Source: Rhodospirillales bacterium
GTDB taxonomy: Bacteria; Pseudomonadota; Alphaproteobacteria; Rhodospirillales; JASLLZ01
DNA: 64,000 bases
Reading direction: 5' to 3'
Assembly: GCA_030754885.1 (NCBI GenBank)
Contig: JASLZL010000013.1
Location: forward strand, 866 to 64,865
Each line of letters opens with the position of its first letter. Within the stretch, counting starts at the first letter, position 1. The translations under genes were made by a program, and so were the position numbers. Below the pieces are notes generated by a model. It was not told the DNA's origin, did no database searches, and saw nothing but the letters and a program-made list of their open reading frames with translations. Of this stretch, positions 29,078-38,829 are shown one piece after another.

Positions 29078-30511
29078 CTATTCTTTTTTGCCGAAGGATT
29101 GGGCCAGAAGATGGGGCGGCACCCTAAACCGTCCCATCACGTCTTCAAGGCGCTCACGCTCGGTGATGATGTCGGCCTTGTCGCCCGAGACCAGCACCGT
29201 CGCCGGGCGGCACTGGGCGTTGAAGTTGGCCGACTGGGACTCGGCGTATCCCCCGGTATCCAACAGCGCGATCAGGTCGCCGCGCACCAGCGACGGCACT
29301 TCGCGCGAACGCGCCATGATGTCATGGGTACACAATGGTCCGACGATATCGACTGTCTCAATGGCCGGGGCATCGGCCTTATTGACGGGAACCATGTGAT
29401 AGTGATGAGGAATTGTGATCCACGGCACGTGGTTGCCGCTTAGGTCCACGTTTACCCATTTGCGGTCCTTCTCAGGCCAATCCTTGACCGCGCCGACGCG
29501 GCCGATGGAAATACCGGCCATGCCGGAGATCGAGCGTCCGGGCTCGATCCGCAGTTTGGGCAAGGGCAAGTCGAGCTTTTGGCATTCGTCCTTCACCGCC
29601 CCGCAGACGGCGGTGCCGTATTCCTCGAAGGTGGAGACCCGCTCGTCGTCGATGCCACCCCTGGGGCCGGTTTTCTCCTTGCGTCCAAACACCCAGCCGC
29701 CGCCGAGATCGAGGCACGACGGGGTCCATCCGACGTCGTCGCGAAGGCGTGCCGACCAGCGCACCATGTCGCGCGCCATCTCGGCAAAATCGCAGGCCTG
29801 GTTGTCGAGCCGGCTGAGGTGAAAGTTGAGCTCGGTCAGGTGCAGGTGTTTCATGGTCTCGCGGATGCGCTTCGCCAACTCCGCCGTCTGGGCGTACGAC
29901 ATGCCCCATTTTTCACCAGCCACGATCTCCGCCATGCTGCCGTGGTGGACGCCCGTGCTGTGCCGATCGACCAGGCCCGGCAGTTCCAACTTGACGCGGA
30001 TCCCAACCTCGGCTTCGACGCCAAGGCGGCGTGCCGTCTCGTCGACCATGTCGAGTTCGTCCATGGCGTCGAGGTTGACGCAGACCCCGTTGGCGATGGC
30101 CAACTCGATCTCGTCGGCCTCTTTGTTGGACCCGTTGAGGGCCATCTTACGCGGATCGGAACCGGCGAGGAGCGCCACGTACATCTCGTTGTAGCCAAAG
30201 CAGTCGCCGCCCGCCCCTTCCTGGTTCATGATGTGGCGCATGGCGAGGCCGTTGTTCGACTTGTTGGCGAACAAGATCTCGACATTCGGATACTGGGACT
30301 GAAATGCGTCGCGGAATCGACGATAGGCGTGGCGGAACTGGTTTTCGCTGATGACGTGGAGCGGCGTGCCGAAGGTATCGGCCAGTTCCTCGCAGTCGCG
30401 GCCCTCGACCCACAGATGGCCGTTATCGCCGATGCCGATGAACTCTGAAAAGTGGCGCTTGAAGCGCGGAACGGGCAACGCCTGGGGCGCGGCCGATGAC
30501 AATTCGTCCAT
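29078..30511 (-). CDS. PLP-dependent decarboxylase, Orn/DAP/Arg decarboxylase family 2 (alanine-racemase fold)
   Basis: FGTPLHVISENQFRHAYRRF, the PLP-lysine context ILFANKSNN, EPGRSISG, and C-terminal DIVGPLCTHDIM...GDLIALLDTGGY. The first 159 codons of the ORF 29078..30988 are Arg/Pro-rich junk overlapping the SDR gene, so I trimmed to the ATG at 30511. Confidence 0.85.
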   Translation of the reverse strand: MDELSSAAPQALPVPRFKRHFSEFIGIGDNGHLWVEGRDCEELADTFGTPLHVISENQFRHAYRRFRDAFQSQYPNVEILFANKSNNGLAMRHIMNQEGAGGDCFGYNEMYVALLAGSDPRKMALNGSNKEADEIELAIANGVCVNLDAMDELDMVDETARRLGVEAEVGIRVKLELPGLVDRHSTGVHHGSMAEIVAGEKWGMSYAQTAELAKRIRETMKHLHLTELNFHLSRLDNQACDFAEMARDMVRWSARLRDDVGWTPSCLDLGGGWVFGRKEKTGPRGGIDDERVSTFEEYGTAVCGAVKDECQKLDLPLPKLRIEPGRSISGMAGISIGRVGAVKDWPEKDRKWVNVDLSGNHVPWITIPHHYHMVPVNKADAPAIETVDIVGPLCTHDIMARSREVPSLVRGDLIALLDTGGYAESQSANFNAQCRPATVLVSGDKADIITERERLEDVMGRFRVPPHLLAQSFGKKE

Positions 30512-30582
30512 ATCGGGACCTCCCGTGGAAATCGTGTCCCAACTTAGCGGCACCGCTAAGCCGGGGTCAACGCGGATACCAG

Positions 30583-31377
30583 TTACAGACTTTTGGCGCC
30601 GCCGCCGTCGATGACCTGGGACGTGCCGTGAATGTGGCGTGCCGCCGGCGAGACCAAGAAGGCGACCAGCGCCGCTACTTCCTCGGGCTGGGCGAAACGG
30701 CGCACTCCACTGGCCGCCAGGTTCCTCTCCCTTACCTCTTCGCGGTCGATACCTTCGAGCTCCGCCTGGGTAGTCAGAATTTCCTCGTAGCGGTCGGTGG
30801 TGACGGGGCCCGGATGGATGGCGTTGACGTTGACGTCGTCGATCAGCCCGCGGTTGGCCAGGGACTTGGAGAAGTTGGTGAGGGCGGCGTTGACGGCGCC
30901 GCCGATCATGAAGTTGTGATGGGGCGTCTGGGCAAAGCCGCCGCTGATGTTGACCACCGAGCCATGGGACCGGGTGAGCAGGGGCCAAAGTGCCCGGCTC
31001 ATCCTGACGGCGCCATAGAATTTGAGTGCGAAGCCGTCCTCCCAGACCGCGTCGTCCAGTTCCAGGAAATCGCCGCCCTGAGTCGCGCCGGCGTTGTTGA
31101 CCAGGATGTCGAGGCGGCCAAAGGCGGTATTCAGCTCGCCCAAAGCCGCTTCGATTCCGGCGGGCTCGCGCAGATCGGCGGGACAGATAGCGACACTGCG
31201 CCCGGTCTCGCCCGCGATCTCCCCGGCGGCTTGTTTCAGGTCGGCCTCGGTGCGCGCCACGATCACGACGTCGCAGCCGTCGGCCGCCAGCCGTCCCGCG
31301 ATGGCGCGCCCGATGCCACGGCTGCCGCCGGTGACCAGGGCTACTTTCCCATCCAGTTCCCGGGTGATCTTCGGCAC
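30583..31377 (-). CDS. SDR-family oxidoreductase
   Basis: LDGKVALVTGGSRGIGRAIA cofactor motif, NNAG, and the length of a classical SDR. Confidence 0.85.
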   Translation of the reverse strand: MPKITRELDGKVALVTGGSRGIGRAIAGRLAADGCDVVIVARTEADLKQAAGEIAGETGRSVAICPADLREPAGIEAALGELNTAFGRLDILVNNAGATQGGDFLELDDAVWEDGFALKFYGAVRMSRALWPLLTRSHGSVVNISGGFAQTPHHNFMIGGAVNAALTNFSKSLANRGLIDDVNVNAIHPGPVTTDRYEEILTTQAELEGIDREEVRERNLAASGVRRFAQPEEVAALVAFLVSPAARHIHGTSQVIDGGGAKSL

Positions 31378-31398
31378 CCTCCCCTTACTGCCCGAGTC

Positions 31399-32343
31399 TC
31401 AGGCCCGCTTCGCCACCGGGCCCTCGAGGCAGCCGGCTTCGATCAGAATGCGGCGCAGGAGTTTTTGCTCAGCCGCTGTTAGCGGCTTGATATGCTCGCG
31501 CGGCTCGCCGCCGGGCAGGCCCAGCATCTTCATCGCCCCTTTAATGCCGGCCGGCGGCTTGCCGACGTTCCACATGAGGGCGTCGCTGACCATACCGTAG
31601 CGACAATGGACATCCATGCGCTGAGCCAGGGTCATGGTGTGGACCTCAAAGAACATGTCGCGGCATTCGGCGCCGAAGCACTCGGGCCCGGTTCCGACAA
31701 AACCGCCCGAGCCCAGCAGCAATGCCGGGATCAGCGTGTCCTTGTGGCCGTAAAGAACGGGGGCCCGGTCGCCAACTTCGACGATCATGCGTTTGATGTG
31801 GTCGAAGTCGGTGGGCACGTCCTTGATCACCTCGACCGGCACCACGTCGCAGATGGCGGCCATGATCTCGGGCGTGATGTTGAAATGCGACAAGTGCGAT
31901 AGGTTATAGACCATCATCGGCAGCGGTACCGCCTTGTATACGTCGGCGAAACGCTGGATGACCATCTCCTCCGATGAATCGTAGATCTGGGGCTGGCCGA
32001 GCGCGATGCCGTAGGCGCCCGCCGCGGCGGCGATCTCAGCCCGGGCGATGCAGTTGCGCGTCGGCGTACGGGTGACGTGGACATAGAACGGGATGCGCCC
32101 GCCCACGGTCTTGGCCGCCACTTCGGTGACCAGGCCCAGCTCATCGTCGGTGAGTGCGTAGCCTTCGCCGTTGCATCCTCCGATCAGCATGGTGTCGACC
32201 TTGACGACGTCCAGATGGTAACGGAGTATCTCGGCGTAGGCGTCCAACAGAAGCTCGCCCTTGGGGCTGAACGGCGTCACCGGTGCCGGACAATGGATCT
32301 GGCCGCGAAAACTGGACTCGGTATAGGTCTTGTCGATGGCCAT
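31399..32343 (-). CDS. DapA/DHDPS-fold (class I aldolase/deaminase family) protein, type-1 copy A
   Basis: GGCNGEGYAL (GxxGE motif) and the Schiff-base lysine context VEVIKDVP. Full-length paralogue of 58696..59634. Confidence 0.85.
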   Translation of the reverse strand: MAIDKTYTESSFRGQIHCPAPVTPFSPKGELLLDAYAEILRYHLDVVKVDTMLIGGCNGEGYALTDDELGLVTEVAAKTVGGRIPFYVHVTRTPTRNCIARAEIAAAAGAYGIALGQPQIYDSSEEMVIQRFADVYKAVPLPMMVYNLSHLSHFNITPEIMAAICDVVPVEVIKDVPTDFDHIKRMIVEVGDRAPVLYGHKDTLIPALLLGSGGFVGTGPECFGAECRDMFFEVHTMTLAQRMDVHCRYGMVSDALMWNVGKPPAGIKGAMKMLGLPGGEPREHIKPLTAAEQKLLRRILIEAGCLEGPVAKRA

Positions 32344-32472
32344 GATCTTGTTTCTCCCTTTTGCTCGAACTGTTCATTGCCGCCGGCGACGTTTGGGCGA
32401 CGCCGCCAAGCATGCCTTGTCGGGGCGCGCCGGATCAACCGGATTCTTGTCCCCTAGCCTTAAGAGAGCACC

Positions 32473-33237
32473 GTGAGCGGACTGCTCGACGGCAAAGTTG
32501 CGGTTGTCACCGGCGGCGGTAGCGGCATCGGCGAGGCCGTTGCACGGCTATTCGCCGCCGAGGGATGCCGCGTCGTGGTGGCGGGCCGCCGTCCGGCGCC
32601 CATCGAACGGGTCGCAGACGACATCGCGGGCCTGGCCATCACAACCGACGTCGGCCGGGAAGATGACGTGGCGGCCCTTATCGCGGCCTGTGACGACGCC
32701 TTTGGACGCCTCGACATCTTAATAAACAACGCCGGTATGGTACCCCCCCGGGCCGGAGTCGAGGACCAAGATACGATCCCATGGGAGGCCACATTCGCCG
32801 TCAATGTGCGGGGCGTTATCCTATGCATCAAACACGCGGCCCCGATGCTCAAGCGCCGGGGCGGCGCGATCGTCAACATGGCATCGCGGGTCGCCCTACA
32901 TGGCTTCCCTGGCCAAATCCCCTACTCGGCCAGCAAGTTCGCGGTTCTCGGAATTACCCAGTCCGTGGCGCAGGAACTTGGCCCCTTCGGCGTCCGCGTC
33001 AACGCGCTCTGCCCCAGCGCCACCCTGACCGAGGAACAGCGCCAGCGGCTTGCCGAAAGGGCCCGGGACCAGGGGCACACCGTCGATGAGCAATTAGAGA
33101 CCGAGATTCTCACGGCCGGTGCCCTCTACCGCGCCGTGATGCCCGAGGACGTGGCGGCGACAACCCTATTCTTCGCCAGCAACAGATCCAGCGCCATCAC
33201 CGGCCAGCACCTGGTCATCGACGCCGGCCGACCCTGA
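32473..33237 (+). CDS. SDR-family oxidoreductase
   Basis: GTG start. LDGKVAVVTGGGSGIGEAVA, ILINNAG and YSASKFAV (YxxxK). Close paralogue of 33268..34032 and 53951..54715. Confidence 0.85.
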   Translation: MSGLLDGKVAVVTGGGSGIGEAVARLFAAEGCRVVVAGRRPAPIERVADDIAGLAITTDVGREDDVAALIAACDDAFGRLDILINNAGMVPPRAGVEDQDTIPWEATFAVNVRGVILCIKHAAPMLKRRGGAIVNMASRVALHGFPGQIPYSASKFAVLGITQSVAQELGPFGVRVNALCPSATLTEEQRQRLAERARDQGHTVDEQLETEILTAGALYRAVMPEDVAATTLFFASNRSSAITGQHLVIDAGRP

Positions 33238-33267
33238 GGCTTGGCCCAACAACTAAAGGAGAAAAAC

Positions 33268-34032
33268 ATGGCGGGACAATTGGACGGCAAGGTCGCGGTA
33301 GTGACCGGCGGCGGCGCGGGCATCGGTGAGGCCATCTGCCGGGGCTTCGCCAATGAAGGATGCCGCGTCGTGGTCGCCGACCGCGAGGCCGACTGGGCAG
33401 CCAAGGTCGCCCAAGACATCGCAGGCCTGGCGGTCACCGCCGACGTGACGTCGGAGACCGAGGTCAAGGCGATTTTTCAGGCTTGCGACCAGGCTTTTGG
33501 ACGGCTCGACGTTGTGGTTAACAATGCCGGCGTCGTTCCCTCGCAAGTCACCGCCGAGGACATGGACATGGGCGAGTGGGATCAGGTCATCGCCATTAAC
33601 GTGCGCGGCGTCATCTTGTGTACCAAGCATGGAATCCCGCTGTTGAAGCGCGAGGGCGGGGCGATCGTCAACATGTCGTCGAGGGTCGGCTATCACGGCA
33701 CACCCAAGCAAAGCCACTACGCGGCCAGCAAGTTCGCCGTCCGCGGCATCACCGAATCGGTGGCCCACGAAGTTGGGCCGCTGGGCATCCGGGTTAACTC
33801 ACTGTGCCCCGGAACCGTGGAAACCGAAAAGCTGCACGAGCGTGTTGCCAATCGCGCCAAAACGTCGGGCCGCACGGTCGACGAGATCATGGAGACCACG
33901 TTTATCAAGCCGGCGGCCCTCGGCCGTACTATCGCGCCCGATGAGATATGCCAGGCGGCGATTTTCCTGGCCACCGATGCGTCGAGCGCCATTACCGGCA
34001 CCCACCTCAAGATCGACGCCGGGCGGCCATGA
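33268..34032 (+). CDS. SDR-family oxidoreductase
   Basis: AGGAG-type RBS before the ATG at 33268. LDGKVAVVTGGGAGIGEAI, VVVNNAG and YAASKFAV. The stop overlaps the next start (ATGA). Confidence 0.85.
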   Translation: MAGQLDGKVAVVTGGGAGIGEAICRGFANEGCRVVVADREADWAAKVAQDIAGLAVTADVTSETEVKAIFQACDQAFGRLDVVVNNAGVVPSQVTAEDMDMGEWDQVIAINVRGVILCTKHGIPLLKREGGAIVNMSSRVGYHGTPKQSHYAASKFAVRGITESVAHEVGPLGIRVNSLCPGTVETEKLHERVANRAKTSGRTVDEIMETTFIKPAALGRTIAPDEICQAAIFLATDASSAITGTHLKIDAGRP

Positions 34033-35129
34033 AGATCGTCCGCATCAGTGCCTACCAGGTCGATCTGCCGCGCGAGCGCACCTACAGGCTTTCAGGGGGA
34101 CGGGTCAGTTCGTCCTTCGACACCACCGTGGTCAGGATGGAAAGCGACACCGGCCTGGTCGGCCTTGGCGAGGTGTGCCCGTTCGGCTCGGCCTATCTGC
34201 CGGCCTATGCCGCCGGTGTGCGGACCGGGATCGCCGAGGTAGCGCCGCACCTGATCGGTGAAGACCCGCGCCAGGTGGAGCGCGCCACCCAAACCATGGA
34301 CATGGCCCTTAAGGGTCATCCCTACGTTAAGTCGGCCCTCGACATCGCGTGCTGGGACCTGCTCGGCCAAGCAGCGGACATGGCGCTCTCAACTTTGCTC
34401 GGCGGGCGGTTCGGTGACGATGCAGAGCTCTACCAGACCATCCCCCACGATACTCCGGACGCCATGCGCGCCGGCCTCGCCGAAGCGCGGGCCGAAGGCT
34501 ATAGCCGCTTTCAGCCCAAAGTGGGGGGAGAACCCGACACCGATATCGAGCGTATCTGTGCCCTGGCAGCGGAACGTCAAACGGGCGAGGTGGTGGTTGT
34601 CGATGCCAACGGCGGCTGGCTGGCCCACGAAGCGATACGGGTGGTCCGCGCCATCCGCGACCTCGATATTACCATCGAACAGCCCTGCGCTTCCTATGAA
34701 GCCTGCTTGGCGGTGCGCCGGCTGACGGACCTGCCCCTGGTCCTCGACGAGGTGATCGATTCGGTACCGGCGCTGTTGCGCGCCCACGCAGACGGTGCCA
34801 TGGACGCCATCAACCTAAAACTTTCCAAGGTCGGCGGGATGACCCGGGCGCGCCAGATTCGCGACCTTTGCGTGGCGCTTGGCCTGCCCATGACAATCGA
34901 GGATTCGGGCGGTGGCGATATCATCGGGACAGCCGTCGCCCATCTTGCCCAGGCAACGCCCGAAAAATACCGGTTCGGCGTCTCATCGGGCTTCTTCAAG
35001 GTCAAGCTGAACACTACCGAAGGTGCGCCCCGCATTGCCCAAGGCCGCATTTCCGCCCCCACCGGGCCGGGCCTGGGGCTGCGGCTCCGCGCCGAAGCAC
35101 TGGGCGAGCCCGTCGTCGACGTTACCTGA
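34029..35129 (+). CDS. enolase-superfamily enzyme (MR/MLE subgroup; amino-acid-derivative racemase/dehydratase-like)
   Basis: MKIVRISAYQVDLP..., SALDIACWDLLGQAADMALSTLLGG, KVGG, metal ligand contexts VVDANGGW, TIEQP and LVLDEV, plus the second catalytic Lys context INLKLSKVGG. Confidence 0.8.
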   Translation: MKIVRISAYQVDLPRERTYRLSGGRVSSSFDTTVVRMESDTGLVGLGEVCPFGSAYLPAYAAGVRTGIAEVAPHLIGEDPRQVERATQTMDMALKGHPYVKSALDIACWDLLGQAADMALSTLLGGRFGDDAELYQTIPHDTPDAMRAGLAEARAEGYSRFQPKVGGEPDTDIERICALAAERQTGEVVVVDANGGWLAHEAIRVVRAIRDLDITIEQPCASYEACLAVRRLTDLPLVLDEVIDSVPALLRAHADGAMDAINLKLSKVGGMTRARQIRDLCVALGLPMTIEDSGGGDIIGTAVAHLAQATPEKYRFGVSSGFFKVKLNTTEGAPRIAQGRISAPTGPGLGLRLRAEALGEPVVDVT

Positions 35130-35134
35130 AGCCC

Positions 35135-36544
35135 TCAGATTGTCCCTTCGCGGGCCAGCTCGTCGGTTACCGTGGCCAGCGATTTTTCGGTGATCTCTAC
35201 AATGCGGTCGACCTCGTCGGAGGTAATTACCAGGGGCGGCGCGTAGGCCAGGGCGTCGCCGCTTGGCATGGCGCGGACGATCATGCCGTTCTTGAGGCAC
35301 TCATCCGCAACCTTGGCGCTTACCCTGAGCGGCGCCTCGAACGCCTGCTTGGTCTTCTTGTCGGCGACAAATTCAATAGCGGCCAGCAGGCCGACACCCC
35401 TGACCTCGCCGACCAAGGGGTGGTCGGCAAAGACCTCGTTCATGCGTTTTAGCATGTAGCCGCCGGTACGCTTGGCGTTGCCGGCCAGGTCCTCGCCCTC
35501 GACGATATCCAAGTTGGCCATCGCCGCGGCGGCGCCAATGGGATGGCCGGAATAGGTATAGCCGTGGGTAAAAATGCCGAACTGCTCCGAGCCTTTGCAC
35601 AGGACTTCCCATACCCGCTCGCCGACGATGCTGCCCGAAAGCGGTATGTAACCGCTGGTCAGACCCTTGGCAATGGTCATCAGGTCGGGCTTCATTTCGT
35701 AGGTTTGGGAACCGAAGTTGGAGCCGGTGCGCCCGAACCCGCAAACCACCTCGTCGGCAATCAGCAAAACGTCGTGCTTGTCGAGAACCTTCTGAATTTC
35801 CTGCCAATATCCTTCGGGCGGCGGCATGATGCCGCCGGTCCCCATGACCGGCTCGCCGATGAAGGCGGCGACGGTCTCGGGGCCCTCTTCCTCGATCAGG
35901 GCGTCGAGGTCGGAGGCGCACTTTTTGGCGAAGTCGTTCTCGCTCATCCCCTCGTCTGCATAGCGGTAATAGTGCGGCGTCGTTGTATGACGCACCATGC
36001 CAAGCGGCAGGTCGAAGGATTGATGGAATGACGGGATGCCGGTCATGCTGCCCGACAGGATTGTCAGCCCGTGATAGGCGAAGCGCCGGGCGATGATCTT
36101 CTTTTTGTTGGGCCGGCCTAGGACATTGTTGTAGTACCAGACGATCTTGACCTGGGTCTCGTTGGCATCCGAGCCCGACATGCCATAGTAGATCTTGCTC
36201 ATACCTTCGGGAGCCATGCGCAGGATCCGGTCCGAGAGCCGGATAAGAGGTTCGTTGGAGGTGCCTCGGTAGGTGTGGAAGTAGGCCAATTTTTTGGCTT
36301 GTTCGTAGATTGCCTCGGCAATCTCGGTCCGTCCGTAACCGACGTTGACGCAATAGAGACCGGCGAAGGCGTCAATCAGGTCCTGACCCTGGCTGTCGAC
36401 AATATGGATGCCGTGCCCGGTCTCCATGATCTGGGGATCGCCAAGGGCGCCCGAAGCGTACGCTTTCAAATCCGTATTGGGATGGACGATGCTTTGGCGG
36501 TCCATCTCTTCGAGCGTCAGGTTGTGGGCGGCATCCAGAGTCAC
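35135..36544 (-). CDS. class III (omega) aminotransferase
   Basis: 469 aa. Shows SGSDANE, LLIADEVVCGFGRTG and the PLP-lysine context DLMTIAKGLTSGY. Confidence 0.85.
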   Translation of the reverse strand: MTLDAAHNLTLEEMDRQSIVHPNTDLKAYASGALGDPQIMETGHGIHIVDSQGQDLIDAFAGLYCVNVGYGRTEIAEAIYEQAKKLAYFHTYRGTSNEPLIRLSDRILRMAPEGMSKIYYGMSGSDANETQVKIVWYYNNVLGRPNKKKIIARRFAYHGLTILSGSMTGIPSFHQSFDLPLGMVRHTTTPHYYRYADEGMSENDFAKKCASDLDALIEEEGPETVAAFIGEPVMGTGGIMPPPEGYWQEIQKVLDKHDVLLIADEVVCGFGRTGSNFGSQTYEMKPDLMTIAKGLTSGYIPLSGSIVGERVWEVLCKGSEQFGIFTHGYTYSGHPIGAAAAMANLDIVEGEDLAGNAKRTGGYMLKRMNEVFADHPLVGEVRGVGLLAAIEFVADKKTKQAFEAPLRVSAKVADECLKNGMIVRAMPSGDALAYAPPLVITSDEVDRIVEITEKSLATVTDELAREGTI

Positions 36545-36571
36545 GGCAATATCCTTTATTGGCTTTGGGAT

Positions 36572-37429
36572 TCAGACAGGCACCCGGTCGTCCATGATGG
36601 TGGTGCGGTGCATGTGACGTCGGTAACGGTCTTGATCGAAGGGCGTGGCCGCATGGTAGGAACAGCGGTTATCCCACAGCAATGCGTCGCCCGGTCGCCA
36701 CGGATGAGTGTAAACGAAACGGGGCTGAATGGCGAATTCCTTGAGTTCCCGCAACAATGCGTCGCCCTCGTCCTCGGGCAATCCCTCGAGGGTTCCGGCC
36801 GTAACGTCGCCGATGAAAAGCGCCTTGCGTCCGGTCTCGGGATGGACGCGCACCAGGGGATGGAAAACGTCGGGGTAAGCCGCCTTCTGGGCGTCGGTCA
36901 GGGGCGGCTTGTCGGGGTAGTTGATGGGCCAGGACTTGACGCGGCTGACCCGATTTATACGCCCGTCGATGCGGCGCTTGGTATCCTCGTCCAGAGCCTC
37001 GTAGGCGGCGTACATGTTGGCGAACACCGTGTCGCCGACGCCTGGCTCCGATGGGACTTCGATGGCGTGCAAAAATCCCGCCATGGCAGGAATGTGCTCG
37101 AAGTAGAGATCGACGTGCCAGAACTGGCCGCCGCCCGGCGTTCCCACATAGGCACCGTCCTTCTTGAGGGTGGACAGCACCAAAATCTCAGGATGGCCGT
37201 CGAGGGTCTTCTCGGCTTTGAGCTCGGTATTCAACCGACCGAAGCGCCGGCTGAAAGCAAGATGCTGTTCGACGCTCATGTCATGGAGGTCGCGAAACAC
37301 CAGCACCAGAGCTTCGAGCCAGGCCCCGCGAATCATCTCAAACGTCTTGTCGTCCAGGGGCCGGGATAAATCGAGGCCGACTACTTCGGCACCCATGACC
37401 GCTGATAGAGGTCGTATTTCGATGCCCAT
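36572..37429 (-). CDS. TauD/TfdA-family Fe(II)/2-oxoglutarate dioxygenase
   Basis: 285 aa. Shows the FWHVDLYF His-x-Asp motif and C-terminal LLWDNRCSYHAATP and RRHMHRTTI. Confidence 0.85.
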   Translation of the reverse strand: MGIEIRPLSAVMGAEVVGLDLSRPLDDKTFEMIRGAWLEALVLVFRDLHDMSVEQHLAFSRRFGRLNTELKAEKTLDGHPEILVLSTLKKDGAYVGTPGGGQFWHVDLYFEHIPAMAGFLHAIEVPSEPGVGDTVFANMYAAYEALDEDTKRRIDGRINRVSRVKSWPINYPDKPPLTDAQKAAYPDVFHPLVRVHPETGRKALFIGDVTAGTLEGLPEDEGDALLRELKEFAIQPRFVYTHPWRPGDALLWDNRCSYHAATPFDQDRYRRHMHRTTIMDDRVPV

Positions 37430-37432
37430 CCC

Positions 37433-37819
37433 TTACGCCGCCGCTGCGACGGCCTCTATCTCAACCAGCAACTCGGGAATGGCGAGGCGCTTGACGACAA
37501 GCAGGGTGCTCGCAGGCTTGACGCCGCCGAGCACCCGGTCGCGGACCTCGCGGAATTTCGGAATGTCCTCGGCGCGGGTCAGGAAGATGCAGATCTTGAC
37601 CAGGTCCTCATACCCCATGTCGGCCGATTCCAAGATGCGGCGGATCTTCTCCCAAACGTCTTCCATTTGGGCTTCCACGCCTTCAATGACGGTGCCGTCT
37701 GGACGCACGGCGATCTGACCCGAGAGGTAGAGCCAGCGGGCACCGGGGGCGACCTCAATGGCCTGGGAAATAAGACTGGTCGGGGGCGGCACGTCCAAAG
37801 GGTTGCGATGGGTCAGCAT
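37433..37819 (-). CDS. RidA/YjgF-family (enamine/imine deaminase-like) protein
   Basis: 128 aa. Shows LYLSGQIA..., PASTLLVVKRL and VEIEAVAA family blocks. Confidence 0.8.
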   Translation of the reverse strand: MLTHRNPLDVPPPTSLISQAIEVAPGARWLYLSGQIAVRPDGTVIEGVEAQMEDVWEKIRRILESADMGYEDLVKICIFLTRAEDIPKFREVRDRVLGGVKPASTLLVVKRLAIPELLVEIEAVAAAA

Positions 37820-37850
37820 GACAAATTCCTCTCAGGTCTAGGGCGACGGG

Positions 37851-38774
37851 CTATTCCGCCGCCGCCCGCTCGGCGACGCTCAGACCAAACGCCTGGAAGC
37901 CCTGGCGCAACTCGCTCAAGTGGGGCTCGCCGAGCGGCTGCAAGGGCGGTCGCGGATAGCCGCCGGGAAGGCCACGGACGTTCATCGCCGCCTTGAAGGC
38001 CGCGTAGATGTTGCGCCCGCTGCCGTCGATCAGTTGGCGCAGGAGAAGCCCTTTTTTTTGTAACGTCAGCGCCCGTTCCATGTCGCCTTCCATGGTGGAG
38101 TAGTAGATGTCGTTGCCTTCCTTGCCCCAGTAATTTTGGATGCCCTCCACGTAGCCGACGGCGCCGACGGTGAGTGCCGCGACTCCGAACAATCCACCCG
38201 GGCCGATGAGCACGCGGATGCGGTCGCCAGCCAAGGCCAAGGTCTCATAGAAGTTATTGAAATCGCGTGAGCTTTCCTTAATGGCCACGACGTTTTTCAC
38301 GTCGGCCAGCCGGTCCACCATCTCCGGCGTTAGCCGATTGGCGGCCGATGGGATGTTGTAGAGCAAGATGGGTAAATCGGTGGCATCGGAGACGGTCTCG
38401 TAGAAAGTGATGATGTCGTCGGGACCGGGATGGACGAAGTAGGACGGCAGGACCATGGCACCGTCGCAGCCGGACTCCTTGGCCGCGTCGACAAGTTCGA
38501 TGACCTCGGACGGCGTGATCGCTCCGGCGCCGCCGATGACGGTCGCCCGTCCACCCGCCGCTTCGGCGCAAAGGCGCATGACCGCCTTGCGCTCGTCCAT
38601 GGATTGGGCCCAGAACTCACCGGTGCAGCCGTTGGCGAGCAGACCCGTGCAGCCGTAACCGATGCACAGTTCCACGTTGCGCCGATAGGCCGCTTCATCG
38701 ATGCGCCCCTCGGCATCGAAGGGCGTCACCAGGGCGACCCAGGGTCCGTGCCAGTCGACCGAATTTTTGTCCAT
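37851..38774 (-). CDS. DapA/DHDPS-fold protein, type-2 copy A
   Basis: VTPFDAEGRIDEAAY, NGCTGEFWAQ, YNIP and the lysine context VVAIKESS. Paralogue of 52992..53918. Confidence 0.85.
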   Translation of the reverse strand: MDKNSVDWHGPWVALVTPFDAEGRIDEAAYRRNVELCIGYGCTGLLANGCTGEFWAQSMDERKAVMRLCAEAAGGRATVIGGAGAITPSEVIELVDAAKESGCDGAMVLPSYFVHPGPDDIITFYETVSDATDLPILLYNIPSAANRLTPEMVDRLADVKNVVAIKESSRDFNNFYETLALAGDRIRVLIGPGGLFGVAALTVGAVGYVEGIQNYWGKEGNDIYYSTMEGDMERALTLQKKGLLLRQLIDGSGRNIYAAFKAAMNVRGLPGGYPRPPLQPLGEPHLSELRQGFQAFGLSVAERAAAE

Positions 38775-38829
38775 GGCAACCTCTCTTCTGCTGGTTCGCC
38801 CCTGACTCGGGACGGATTAATACCGAGGA

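Noticed and set aside
30512-30988. 159-codon Arg/Pro/Gly-rich N-terminal extension of the decarboxylase ORF
   Set aside because: It is low-complexity high-GC read-through that overlaps the well-supported SDR gene on the same strand. The family-typical N terminus starts at the ATG at 30511.
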